A stretch of 64,000 nucleotides of DNA, from positions 3,418,275 through 3,482,274 of the forward strand of contig CM082587.2 in the NCBI GenBank assembly GCA_040954595.2. The letters run 5' to 3'. Each line of letters opens with the position of its first letter. Position 1 is the stretch's first letter. The stretch is from Balanoglossus misakiensis. Its lineage: Eukaryota; Animalia; Hemichordata. The notes under the pieces were generated by a model, which worked only from the letters and a program-made list of their open reading frames with translations, was not told the origin of the DNA and made no database searches. A program made the translations under genes and the position numbers. This document shows positions 1 through 13,400 of this stretch, piece after piece.

Positions 1-231
1 GAGATGCCTACTTGAACCCCTTTCACAAAGATAATTTGGTTCAGCCCTTTTATTTTCTATCCCATGGGTGGACACATTCACAGAGATGTGGGTTTGAAGG
101 GGGTTAGATTCTACTTATTTTCGTTAAAAACACTCCAGTGTTTGCGTCTGAAATTATGATGGGAGAACGTGAGTTCAACAGATTTGTTTCTTACAACTAA
201 TTTTGTTGTGTCTTTTCCCTGTCCCGATCAG

Positions 232-3200
232 GAATTACGATGACTGTTTGAAACTTATGCAGAGAGCCACTGCCATGCCTTCAAGGAAAGTTGCATACCA
301 TGACAAGGTAAAGGAGGTCTGACAGCAGTGTGTGTGTGTGTGTGTTTGTTTTTGCTCACATACATTGCGTGGGTCTGTGGGTGCATATGTGTGTGTTGGC
401 CTTTTAGTTCCTAATTTGTTCATCAACTGTCACGTATGTTGATTATACTGACAGATGTGTTGCCTTGTTTTCACAGAGTGAACCAGTACAGAAGAGATTG
501 TATAAATCACTGAAAGTCTGGTCTTTGTATGCAGATTTAGAAGAGAGTTTTGGAACATTCAAGGTAGGTTTCATACTTTCAGTCATAACATCTCTTGCAA
601 CTGTCTTCAATCGATCGATGCTTGTAATTATTTGATGTGGCCATGTAACTCACACATCTTCGTTTCTCTCTTGCAGTCAACCAAGGCTGTGTATGATCGC
701 ATCATTGATCTGAAGATAGCAACACCCCAGATTATCATCAATTATGGGATGTTCCTGGAAGAGCACAATTACTTTGAAGAGGCTTTTAAGGTAACAAGTG
801 TTCGAGATAGCGTCTGTGAACGATGTGGATTTGATTGAGGGTTAATGGATTTTGGAATGGGGATTGGAATTGGAAAAAAACACCTATAATGATATTTTGT
901 ATATATCCTGGATTTGTTTGCAGGCATATGAGCGTGGCATAGCCCTGTTCAGATGGCCCAATGTGTATGACATCTGGAATACATACCTTACAAAGTTCAT
1001 CGAGAGATACGTAAGTACAAGTGTAACAGTGTTCACAAAGACATTATTAGAGACCCTGTCACCACATATCAGTCACTGACAGATCTTTTCAGTGTTACTT
1101 GGTATCTTCATGAAATTACTTCATTGGCGATCCTTACACCCTGTTTTTATCTTTCTTTGACTATTACCATTTTAGGGTGGCAAGAAATTAGAAAGAACCA
1201 GGGATTTATTTGAACAGTGTCTCGATGGTTGCCCACCCAAATTTGCGAAATGTAAGTAGCTCTTCCCCCTAACCTTTGACCCTTGCGTAGTCATGGCCAA
1301 CACTTCATGTTGTGAAAAACATTTAGTAAAAGTAGTTGATAAACAACTTGAATTTTCTTCATACCACATAAGCCGTTTACTATTTTGTAACATCATCTTC
1401 TCCATGGTTGCAATTCACAGCTGTTTACTTGCTTTACGCAAAGCTGGAGGAAGATTTTGGTTTGGCCAGACATGCGATGGCTGTCTACGACAGAGCTACT
1501 ATGGCAGTCCTACCTGAAGAACAGTATGAGGTATGCCATGTGATTTTGTGTGTGTACGTACTCATACATACTTATCGGTTCATTGTGGCGGTGACGAACC
1601 TGTGATGGTCAAAACTGTAATGTTGTTAAGGTTTGGATGTGTCTCAATACCCAAGCTAAGCATGACAACGATGCATTTTGTGTTGCCCTCACAGATGTTC
1701 AACATCTACATCAAGCGGTGTGCGGAAATCTACGGAGTTACTCACTCCCGATCCATCTACGAGAAGGCCGTCGATACCCTCAATGAAGAGCAGGCGCGAG
1801 AGATGTGTCTTCGATTTGCAGACTTGGAACGGAAACTGGGCGAAATTGACCGAGCGAGGGCACTGTACAGTCACTGCTCACAGATGTGTGACCCAAGGGT
1901 GGGTATTTCACAGGTTGCTTCACGTAATGTTAGTGATAACTCTTTCTTTTTTCCTTCTGTGTCAGTTGAACTGTAAGAACAAACTAATGAAAATTATCTT
2001 TAATTCATATCAAAAATTCAGGTGACACCAAGTTTTTGGCAGACATGGAAAGAGTTTGAAATCCAACATGGCAATGAAGACACGGTGAGGGAGATGCTGA
2101 GAATCAAGAGAAGTGTGCAGGCTACTTATAACACACAGGTAATGTTCTTCTAATATGACATGGACACAACAGCTGGTCGTTTATGACACCACATGGACAA
2201 AGCTTATTACTTGAAATGTATTGATGATTGTATGTTTTCTCAAACTTTGTGTCTTCTTTAGCAGTATTTCAAATATAACTGGTGACAGTGACAGTGTAAT
2301 GCTTCATCTCCAGGGAGTATAATTGGTACTAACATCTGATTTCTATTGTTCTTGTATGACAGGTGAATTTCATGTCGGCACAGATGCTTGCTGCATCTGG
2401 CACAGGGACAGGAACAGGTAAGAGTTCTGTCATAACCATATCTGGCATGGCCACTTATGAACTGCACTGATGTGCAGTCAAATCTAAGCCTCGTCTTTAG
2501 CGAGAACACCGTGTCTGCTTCATTGTTTGAGGAAAAAGAGACATTTGAATAGATTCTCTCATTGTGCTTTTATTTTATTTTACAGTCTCAGATTTGGCGC
2601 CAGGATCCAGTGGTGGCGACGAAATGAAGTTGCTTGAGCAGAGGGCACACGCTCTGGCTGCAGAGGCCAAAGCTGATAAACCTATGCCGAAGAAAGATAT
2701 TCTATTTGTCAGGTATGTAACTTACATTTTCTGCTATCTGCTGCCAATGTGTAAATGTTGTGAGCTGGTCTGTGCTGCAGTGCGTGCAAGGTTGTTGGCA
2801 ACTAACAACAGGACCAAGTGGAAGTAGTCGAAAGTAAAAAAGAAGTCAGAGTGCATTGGTATTTGATTCGTTGATTTTGTGCTGATATGTTTTTTTCTCT
2901 TCTCAGTGGTGGTAAAACAACTGATGAACAGATGGAAGAGGCTGTGAAGACTATAAATCCAGAAGAAATCAACATCGACGATGATGATGAAGACAGTGAC
3001 GAGGGTCCAGATGGTAAGTCACTTTTTTAGAGGGTGGTGGAAGGGGCGTAGAAAAATGCTGACCACCAGCAAACAACTGTAGGCTGGGGAAATAAATATT
3101 AGCCAAGCAGAAGATCATTTTTTTGTGTACACTGAATCGTGTAAGTTTAATCTGCCGACTTCCGCCCCTCCTAAATAGCAAACAAACTTTGGTTTAATCA

Positions 3201-3293
3201 GAATCTTCTTTCCTTCATCTTTCAGAAGTGGAAATCGAAAAGAAGAATGTGCCAGCCGAGATCTTCGGAAGTTTGAAGGAAGATGGCGACTAG
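232..3293 (+). CDS. XAB2: Pre-mRNA-splicing factor SYF1/XAB2, 3' part (5' exons lie before the window)
   Basis: GT-AG exons 232-307, 477-563, 677-790, 924-1010, 1176-1251, 1421-1530, 1695-1898, 2022-2138, 2363-2417, 2586-2712, 2907-3013, 3226-3293 join in frame. HAT-repeat peptides [50 protein letters not shown] and [20 protein letters not shown], and C-terminus [14 protein letters not shown], match XAB2 as I recall it. Confidence 0.96.
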
Positions 3294-3707
3294 AGATTCA
3301 CAGATGAAGCATTTCATTCTCAGCAGTAACCCAGACAATAATCATGTCTAAGAAGAGATCATTGAAATACATATTTCCATCAGACATTTCTTTATCTAGT
3401 TGTGTTGTCAGTGGTCATGCAGCAAAAACATCATAGTCATTCTGCAAATAAGTGAACTTGGGATAGTCTGTACAACAGCAGATGAAATTCATGTATTTTC
3501 CTCAAAAAACACTAGTACATGTTATTGTCATATCTTTTGAATATTAAAATAATGGCTTACCAAAAATATGGTGTGTTTGTCTATATGTACCTTGTAGTAG
3601 TATTCCAAACTAGGGGCATGAAGTCCTGACTGCATTTTCAGTATGGAGGAAAAATTGTAATTGGTGGAAGTGGTGGAATATACATCAATATAAACCACAT
3701 GCTCCTT

Positions 3708-3731
3708 GATGATGATGATGATGATGATGAT
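3708..3731. repeat. (GAT)n microsatellite
   Basis: About 8 GAT units between the convergent XAB2 and polyQ-gene 3' ends. Confidence 0.85.
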
Positions 3732-4389
3732 AGAGTGAAACGGGGGTCGAGGATTAAAAACAAAAACTTGCAAATCATTATTCCTTTCTCGGCATTTCCA
3801 CACTTCATAATTCTAAGTTTCTAAGTAACACACACAGCAATTAGTACCGTAGTTCCTGTATTCACAGAATACAAGAGACATTCTTGAACACTGAAAACCG
3901 ATATATTCATGTAAATGAAATGTGTAGCTTTGTGCGGCATCTATAGGGTCCTAAAAGTGCAAGAGATTTGGTACCAAGTGTAAATATCTTAAAGCTGCCA
4001 ACACAACAGCTCAATAGCAGCAAAAGATCTACTGAAGGAAATGTGTAAATACAATTCAGTTTCAGACACTTTCAGTTGAACAGGTTTACTCTGAATTATT
4101 TTCACCTTCAATATCGACATAACACTGAGACCCAGCATCTCTGCTTGGCTCCTAGAGAAGGGAGTTACTCAGAATTGGTTAAAGAAATAAAACAACACAC
4201 AAAGCTACTGCTACCAGGGCTTTAAACTAGTTGGGGAAATCTTTCCTTTCTTAGATTACATACCAATGAAGTATGAAATGCCCTGTATTACGGGACCTTT
4301 TTCATTGCTATGATCTAGGCAGGCCACCTTACACTGGAAAAAAAATGGATTCCACAATTTTTTAATGCACATGATTGCACTTCTGGTGA

Positions 4390-5081
4390 TCAGTGAGTTG
4401 TGGTCGGCGTGAGCATTGACATAGAAATGGGGATGGGGATGGTGGATGTGTTAACTGACATCTGACTGGCTATCTCCATGGCAGCGCTGTTCAAGGGATC
4501 TGGGCTCAGTATGGTGGCGCCCTGCAGGGAGGTGGCCACCTCTCCCATGGACTGCTGCAGAAGTTGCTGGGTGATCTGCTGGTCAGTAGGGATGCTGAGC
4601 TCCTGCACGGCCGTTGTCTGGGTGTGCGTCAGGGGCTGTGACGTGGGAAGCTGGTTGGGCAGTCTCTGGGAGGCAGGGCTCAGTGGTTGAGCGTTGACCG
4701 TGTTGAGGCTCTGCAGCACTGTGTGAGGTGGCAAGGTGGCTTGGCCATGGGAGCTAGAATTACTCGGGTGGTGAACATTCTGTTGGGCCATGGTGAGACC
4801 CTGGGTTTGGAGGTCGTGCTGAGCCTGGGTTTGAAGGTCATGATGTTGTCCCATACCACTCTGTGTCACATGGATTATGTTCTGAGGAATCAGAGTCTGT
4901 TCAACACTGGTCATGTTCTGTTGGTTCAACACCTGGTTGATGCCCATTGCCTGGTTCACGGACTCGGTACTGTGGACCTGAACAATCTCCTGTGCCTGGG
5001 CGTTGCCGTTGTTAGAATTCTGGTTTGCCAAGGACGCCAGCAGTTGATTCTTGATGGCTTGGATTATCAGGTCTGTCATTG

Positions 5082-5116
<35 letters not shown>

Positions 5117-8100
5117 GCCTGTGGCTGAATTTGCACCTGCGAGTTGCTGTGATTTGCCTGCTGCAGTGCAATGCTCAGGCTGTAGCTGGGCGGAGGGGGT
5201 TGGTTGTTGCTGTCGTCTGGGGCCTCCTGTTGTTGCAGAGTCTGCTGCTGCTGTTGTTGTTGCTGATGCTGCTGCTGCTGTTGTTGTTGTTGCAGTAGCT
5301 GGGCAATGGACTGAGTGACATGTTGCAGGTTGATGTTTTGGTCGACGTTGGGTTGCTGCAGCATCACATGATGTTGGGTGGTGACTTGCTGTTGTTGCTC
5401 CTGTGCTTGCTGCTGTTGTTGCTGTTGTTGTTGCTGCTGCTGCTGTATGTTCTGAATCTGCAACTGGATAATCTGCTGCTGTCTCTGCAACTGCTGTTGC
5501 TGCAGCTGCAGTTGCCTCTCCAGCTGCTGCAATTGGTCCTGTTGTTCTGACAGCTGAGTCTGGGTGATGAAAAAGAAGTTATACAGTTGCAGTTAGTCAA
5601 ACATTGAAAAGTGGAAACTCAAAATGAAATTCAAAATTTTGAAAAAAAGTAATAATATATGAAAGTTGTACCTGTGTCAGTTGCTGTGTAGTAAATGAAA
5701 TGGCAGTCGCTATGGTTTCAGGGTTTGACTGTGATGAAACCGGTGTAATTGAGCTTGATGATTTGGAGGTGTTTTTATTAGACGACTTATTCGACTTGGC
5801 CTGCCGTGGATTCTCCTTCCAGTATTTCCGGAGACCGTGAGGCGGTGGTTCTCGGTTGCCTCCCGTTCTCTTCATCTGGTCATTGACTCTGCCTATTGTG
5901 CTGTGACTGCAGCCTGTTACCCAGCTGATGAACTTGTAACAGTTGAGGCGTGCACCACCTGAGTGGGGAAAAAAGCAAGATGGGCTCAAACAGAATGAAC
6001 AACGGAGACGGTTTTTACATTAGATAATCTGTTTATCTACAGTGAGGTGAGACCTAACTGGTTGAAGATCAGTTAAAATTTCTCATGTGAACTGATGCCC
6101 CAGAAAACCCACACAAAAAAACCTCTGATACATAATTACAATACCTGAAGGTGTCAACATTTCAGCTAAGACTCTTCTGGCTTCCACTTGACCAGAAACT
6201 GCTCGGGTCCGCCATGTTTCCAACAGGCACATATGAGTTCTAGCCATCTGCCACGAAAATGAAATGATTTGAAGAATACTAATCATAATAACCATGTCTT
6301 ACTGTGTGCTATCATTAACATGTCATATTCCTTTCGAAAGGCTTTTCATCCAATGGTATATAGTATGTTTAGCAACTAATGAGGTGAAAATCACCACCTA
6401 CAGAAATGCCCAGGGGAATGTACTTGGCCCTTGAAGTCAGACACATATGCTTACCATAACACAATTGTCAATACAGCATCTCTCCTTGGGAAGATCATCC
6501 AGAGGTTTCATTAACCCTAGCGCAGCCTTTCCCTTCTGTCTCTCGGCTCTCACACCCTTCTCAGGATCCGTCTTCAACCTCTTGTGCAGGAAGTTGTTGG
6601 AATACATCAGCACTCGCTGCGTGGCTCGCTCGCAGAATTTCAACTGCTCTCTCAGGTATTTTCTCTTCGTCAGCACGAACTCTTCAAATTCTTTGGATTT
6701 CCTCTGTCCATTGCCAAGACCGATGTTCTTCACCCTGAAAGAGGCAATTTCAAATGGTAACAGATGGTTGTAAATTGGAGATAAATTTTAAGAAGTTTTC
6801 CAGTGATAAGACCTACTTTTTCTGTTTCCCATTTGCTCCCACTGTTTGTCTTTCATCATAGCATTTCTGCTGACTCAGTGTCTTGGCCTCTTTGACAATC
6901 AACAGCAAGGCCTGGGCTCGTCTTCGGCTTTCCTGCATATCCCCTGTTAACAGAGATTGCAGAGGAAATGATTAGTCGTGTCAGCCTTCAGAATTGCACT
7001 AGCTATAAAATAAGGTTTGGAAAATCAATTTCAATCCCAATAACCATCCTAGGCAGTCAGCTAGTCAGTCATTTCAAAAGTGCTTACCATCATTAATTAT
7101 ATACTTCTGCATACATCCACATGACTTGGTTTTGAAATGAGGGCATGACAGACGAAGAGCTGAAAAATAATAGAAAACATAAATTTAAATCCTTGGATAA
7201 TATATGAGTTACAAATGTTCTATTTCCACTACAATATGACATCCTTCTACAGAACTTCTAGTAAGAGTCCGTAAGGAACGGGAAATCACTGACATGACCA
7301 ACTGACTCACCATCAGGGTCAGCGAGGCCCTCCACAAGAGACTTGGCAAATTTCTGTGACTCTTCCAGATATTTTCTTTTCTCTTCGGGACTGGGTTCTG
7401 GTTTGGGTTTCTTTGGTCTGGGTTGCCGTTGTCTGTCAAATGACAGTCCTGAAACGCAAAAGGAGGTACAATAATTAGACAGGCGGATTTATAATAAAAA
7501 CAATTTTGTATTATGTCCTTAGAATAAAAGAAAGGCTTTGACTTACCACAAGCATTGCATAGTGTGAGTACTTTCTGAGTGACGGGGTCAACTTTATGCC
7601 GCGGACTAGGTGTGTAGTCACCGCGTTTGGTCTTGTTGATCTTCCTCAATGGGTTGGTGATGTATGGAGACTTGCACAGATCACAACAGAAAGGCTCTGT
7701 CAGAAATGAAACATACATGTAAAATGAAAATGTTGTTTTTATGCACAACGTCTATGTTTGGCAGAATTCACATCCCTGGAAATGAGACTATTCCATCTTC
7801 AGTAAAGGGCTGTTAAGTTTGCATTTCAGTTCAGATTACCTGCTCCCTGCGAGTCTTTTGATTTCTGTGTCTTGATGGGGTTGGGGTTTTTCCTGGGTCT
7901 CTTCCTCTGTTTGCTGAGAAGGTCTTCAATGGGTGAATAGGACCTGGGTCTTCTGACCCGCTCACTCTTTCTCTGTGGCTGTTTGAGTCCAGATGCTCTT
8001 GTACTTTTCACCTACAGATAACCAGATAAAGTTTTGGGATGCCTTCAATCTTGCGAATCACTAAGAAGCTGAGAATAAAAACCTTAAAATGCTGCATGAG

Positions 8101-9042
8101 AATCATTACCTGTTCTTGAGTTGGTTGCTGTGGTGTACTCTGTTCAACTTCTACACTAGTTGTGTTCACATCTTCTATGGCACTGGTTACGGGTGGACTT
8201 TCTGCTGAGCAGTCGGTGCTTATAATATTCTCCGATACTAGCAGGGCAAAATGAAATTAAAGAGTATTGAGCATCATCAGTTTTCTCCAGAGTTATGGGA
8301 AAAGAATAAAAGTTCACTGAACTTCCTAAAACTGAAGTTATATCACAAGAAAACATAGCAGATTATACCTGTTCAAACAAAAGAACATCTTTTTGGATAA
8401 AATTAGGACTTTTAATAATGTTTATTGTAATAATTAAGGTACACGTTGTTAGTTTGTTGTGTATTGTATGACACATTCCTGTTAAAGTAAATCTGATATA
8501 TGAACTATACCCATGAGATGCATATATATGTATGTGTATGTGTATAATCACTTTTAATAATTATTGTATACAACCATATTCCATATGGTATTGGTAGTGC
8601 AAATTATCTATCAAGCACAGTTGCACTCATCATATGTAAAGAAAATGTTGCAATCCATTAACGTTGGTTTGATTTTGGTTTCCATTTAGAATGCATTATA
8701 ATCCAGTCTCACTGGGTGGGCAACATTTTGAAATCAGCGCCCTGGATCACCTGTGTCATATTGTCATTTCAGGGTGACAAAAGTAATTGAAAGATGATAG
8801 AATCCCAGGTTTGGAGAATTGCCCATTTCAAATGGGTCTGACAAGGGAGAATATGGATTTCACTATCAGAACATACCTTCCAGAAACTCACAATCACGTC
8901 CCATATTTGACGTCAAATTCTGCACTGTACACACATGTTCGACGCCTGTGTCCCCACTCAGTACAATAAGAGCACCGTGTTCGTTTTGTTCGTTCCCATT
9001 TTCTTCGTTATTGCTGTGGGGAAATTCTAAAGTCGACGCCAT
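4390..9042 (-). CDS. Uncharacterised ~930 aa putative nuclear protein: GATA-like zinc finger (C-x2-C-x38-CNAC), Cys-rich middle modules, polyglutamine C-terminal region
   Basis: 11 GT-AG exons (9042-8877, 8237-8110, 8011-7840, 7696-7547, 7448-7311, 7159-7088, 6943-6817, 6734-6455, 6247-6145, 5958-5672, 5559-4390) total 2793 nt in one open frame. Start context aagATGGCG; basic NLS-like KQRKRPRKNP; CDLC...LTLCNACG; long Q tracts in the last exon. Confidence 0.85.
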
Positions 9043-9410
9043 CTTTGCTAAATTTGTCGCAGCTTCTCTTTACCCATGTCTTTTTCACCACGTAACATGA
9101 ATACTGATCGAAATGACGTACACCCGGCTACTTCTTTCATCGGTAATTCAGAGTACCTGGCATGGGAGGACAGCTGGCATATACCATTGAGCAAGAAGGG
9201 AAGGCGGTGGAAAAATATTTGAAAGTGAACGTAAAGAGTCTCCGTTCACATAATTAATTTTTATGTTTTCATATATACAATATAATTTAGATAATAATAT
9301 GACTATACACTGAGCATATGAATAGGCAATCTTTGACAAACTATGAAGTGTAATGTTTCCCCCACCCGCCCGTTTTCCAATAATTTCTGAAGACCCAACA
9401 TGGCGACCAT
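9030..9410. promoter_or_regulatory. Putative bidirectional promoter between the polyQ gene and ZZZ3
   Basis: Divergent YY1/TISU-like motifs AAGATGGCG (minus, ~9037-9045) and CAACATGGCG (plus, 9396-9405) about 350 bp apart; a plus-strand donor CCG|GTGAGT follows at 9494. Confidence 0.6.
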
Positions 9411-10455
9411 CGTGCTCAAGCAAAGTCCTGCCAAATTGCTGTTCGTACACGATCAGTCAATATAATACCCAGTTTTAGCAATTTTCCCAGCCCGGTGAGT
9501 TTGCAATTGCATCTGTGGTAAATGTCAAGAAAACAACAGATGCGCACATGCGTGCATTTGGCGATCAGACACTGAATCTTTCGACTTGACGCACCTACAA
9601 CAGTCTGTGTGTGGTGTATTTCATTGACATACTGCGGAAGTGGTGGCTGCTGCAAGTTCAGTCACAACTCATAACGTATTTGTGTGTAATCGAACACACC
9701 TTGTGACGTTTAGATCGGTTTCCTCAATACCTCATGCACTTCGCCGGTGCGCCAGTTATTGCATATTACCCGCAGAAAATCCATTTCAAGTGCACAAGCG
9801 ATAAATCTGATGTGAGTAAAATGTGATCTTCTGCAAGCAAGGATAGAGTGTGTGAACTTCCAACCCCAATGCCAAGTTCACGTCCCATATGCACTGTAAA
9901 TCGCATCGCATTGATGTAATCAGTTTTCTCGTGACCCGAAGATGTTGTCGACAAAGAGTGATTGATGGTGACGACGACGTGCATCATCTGTTGCACCTGG
10001 ATGCATATTTAATTTCTTCCCAAGAAGTAATGCAGTATTCGTGTGTTCCATTGTGTACTCCAGGTGTAATTGTAATGTACACCTTTCCACCTTTTGTCGA
10101 TATCAGCTAGTTTCTCGTTTGACACCCCCTCTCTGCCGCACGCTGATTAGACCCATGTTTGTCATGGCAACACAGCATTCAGCATCCCATTGTGCTAATT
10201 ATATACTGCATGATAGACAGATGTATTTTAGTTTTATTTACATTCAACTTTTGCTAATGTAATGATAACAATACTGTTCATACACAGACAAATTCTGGGC
10301 ATTGCAACACATTTTATAATTCAACTGTGTTAGTGACAGCTTGCATGCTTTCTATTTGCATAAAATGTTTTATTCCAATTCTATGTTTTGTTTGATATAA
10401 CGCAGGAATGCAAATGAGCTGATACCAAGTGAGGTGAATTACTGCTGTTAGAAAT

Positions 10456-13400
10456 ATGAGACGTTCTGATGGGCGTAAACGACGAAGCTCTGGAAGGAGT
10501 GATAGTGAGAAGGCAAGCGACTCGGCCAAGGTGGCACCCACACCAGTCAACAGTATCATCAGAACGAGGTCCCAGTTAAAAGATGAACCATTGCCGAAGG
10601 ACAGCAAAGCGGGTGGACTCCACAAAGAGGACTCAGATAGATGTAATAAGGTCCTCAGTCCCAGGGGGCGGGGAAGGGGCAGAGGGAGGGGGAGGGGACG
10701 CACACCATCCCCTAAAGGAAATCATCTTGCTTTGTCCCATTTTACAAGGTCATGTACGAGAAACACTTCTCCTGGGAGGTCAGATGGTGTGACCACCCAG
10801 GTCAGCCATTCGGACAGCACCAGGTCGAAGGGGACGCACAGTTCAAGCCAGTCCCCGGTCAATTCACCCAGCAAGCTCAAGGATGCTATTAAGAAAGATG
10901 AGGAACATTCCAGCAAACAGCCAGTAGCAAAGGATGAGGGAGTGTCCAGCAATGTGAATGGCAGCATTGTGAACCAATCAGAAGACAGCAAAGATGGTGC
11001 TGGGCCAGATCAAAAGAAACAGTGTGAAACATCAGACATTGGAGACAGTAAAACAGACCAAGGAGGAAGCAATGAGGTGAACAGTGAGGAACAGGAAACA
11101 CATCCGACAAACAAAAAAACTCAAGCTAGAACTGGCGAAACCAATAGCAACACGAACACACCAATGCAGAATGCAAAAGATGACAAAAAGCACAGTCAGA
11201 ACAAAAAGACAGTACTTGGAGAGCACGGCGTAATAGATGTGGGTGCTCACTATCCAAGGACAAGACGATTGTCGGCTAGGGAGAGGCAGTTATCTGGGGA
11301 TGTAAGTAAAGAGAAGAACGCGGACCAACATGTGAAAAAGACTGCTTCCAGAGCTGAGCCAGAAATCTCGCCCCTTCGGAGTAGCCCCAGGAGAGGGAGG
11401 GGTTACTCCAGTCTGTCCAACAGCAATGCCAAGCTAAATTTGAATAATAAACTACAAATTAACGAGGAAGTTGAACAGAGGGAGAAGGAACCCAAAAATA
11501 ATTCTAATCTTGCTGCGAAAACGGACAAGGGGAAAGGAAAAGGTGATGATGTGCGTAAGAGTTCTTCAACCGCAGCCACTGACGCTCAAACATCCAAGGT
11601 TGAGATTGTTGAGATGGAGAGTACAGACTGTGATGCAGCCAATGAGATGGAGGAGATGGACAGAGAAAGTCTGAGACAATCTGCTGCCAGTGTTGTTAGC
11701 TGTGATCATGACTACTTTGCCACCTCCAAGGTGGGTGGTGTTGCTAGGTATACCGACGATGAAGGTGATGATGATGAAGATGCTGATAATGATGATGACA
11801 GTGATGATGAGGATTCCGACATCGAAGTGATGGATGTTGACACTGACACCTCTCAAAGTAAACTTGTGACTGTCGCTCAGGGACAAGGCTCTGGGAATTG
11901 TTCAGCGTCCGCTGTTAAGCCGGAGAGCTTGAGGAACAGTGCAAATCAGGAGACTGCCGTGATCATTGGATCAACCGCTCAAAGTGAGACTGCTCCTAGA
12001 GAAAGTACAGCCCAGCAAGTTCCAAAGAGTCTCGCGAGTCAAAGCGCAACAGTCCAGACTGCATCCAGCGAGGTCAAACCGAAAAGTGAGACAAATCTCC
12101 AAAGCAGTCCCAGTGGTGGAAAATCCCAGACGCCAGCAGCGCCCTCACCGACTGCAATTAGGGCCAGCCCGAGGGGGAGGGGTCGCAGAAGGGGGACCAG
12201 TCCCCGACAGAGCCCCAGAAATCTCAAAACTGTATCCGCGGCTGCAGCGGCCTATTCCAGAGACACTGTCAATCAAAATGAAATCCTTGACAACAGGTTA
12301 GATGTTGTTAACCAGTCAAAAGATGGTTTAGATCTCGTGGACACGAACTCTGCATTCAGCGAAGCGTCCGCCTCAAATGATTCCTCCGAGTACAAAGCCA
12401 AAATCATTGGATTGAAACGTAAATATAGCTCGCAGGAGGAAGATGAGGGCAGTAACTATGGAAGCCAATTGTATGATGCATCGGACATTGATGATCCCTT
12501 TTTCTTCGAGTCTGATCATGCTGGTTTGAAGGGAAACAAAGAGTGAGTATACAAAGTTTGTCTTGATATTTTTATGGAAACAGAAGTGCTTTACTCCCTT
12601 GTTTCATTCATTTTGTTCATTTGTGTCAAATGGAGGATGTTTTTTTACTTTTACAGTTATCGGATGCTGCTCAGAACTTTGGTGACTTTAGAAGCTCAGA
12701 GGATGAATGCCATACAGGACCTGGACAAGTTGTATGATTGTCAACATGCAGGGCTTCAAAACCCGATTAAATTTGTGGAACGCCTTCAACGAAAGGTAAG
12801 AGCTCTACAGGTCGTAACTCGAAAAGGGTGGGTGTAGTCCAGTCTGTGGATGTGGGTATGGGTCCCATACAACACAGTTGCCAGCAAGTCAAAGTCACTT
12901 GGTGCTTGTTGGCCGCACTGACAATTTGCTTGTGGTTATGTTGTTTCTTTCCTGCTTCTTTGTCTGTAGGAGAATCTGCACCTACCCAGAGCCCAGAGAG
13001 TGGTACCTATCCCGCATATATCCTGGGAAAAATACGCCAATGTCAGTGTTACATCATCCCAGAATCCAACGCCAACCAGTCACTTGTTGCGGAGTAAAAA
13101 CAACAAACCAACAACAGGTGAAAAGTGGAAATCCATCTTTAAATCCAGCATACATATTTATGTTTAGAATATCGCCCCCTAACAGCACAGATGGCAAATC
13201 GTTTGTTTTTCATCTAATTGTCAAGACTAAGAATGTACCTCGTCTGAGCTTTGGCCCCATCTCTCTTGCAGGTCCAACTTCAACAGAGACAGTAGCAGAG
13301 AGTACAGTATCAGCTCCCGTGGAGTGTGAAGAAACTGATCAGGTAAGAAACACTCTCATGGCGCTTTAACAATTACCAAATCTTAACTTTTCTCCATGAG

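Noticed and set aside
12-106. Short AACCCCTTTCA...TGAAGGGGGTT inverted element, with similar fragments near 41805-41880 and 45066-45120
   Set aside because: Probably decayed copies of a small MITE family but too degenerate to delimit.
2222-2339. Box C/D snoRNA candidate (TGATGA...CTGA) in an XAB2 intron
   Set aside because: The CTGA is only about 23 nt from the acceptor (branch-point region), the terminal stem is weak and I recognised no rRNA guide.
4687-5550. Leu/Val-rich plus-strand ORFs that look like membrane proteins
   Set aside because: They are the antisense shadow of the CAG/CAA polyglutamine exon.
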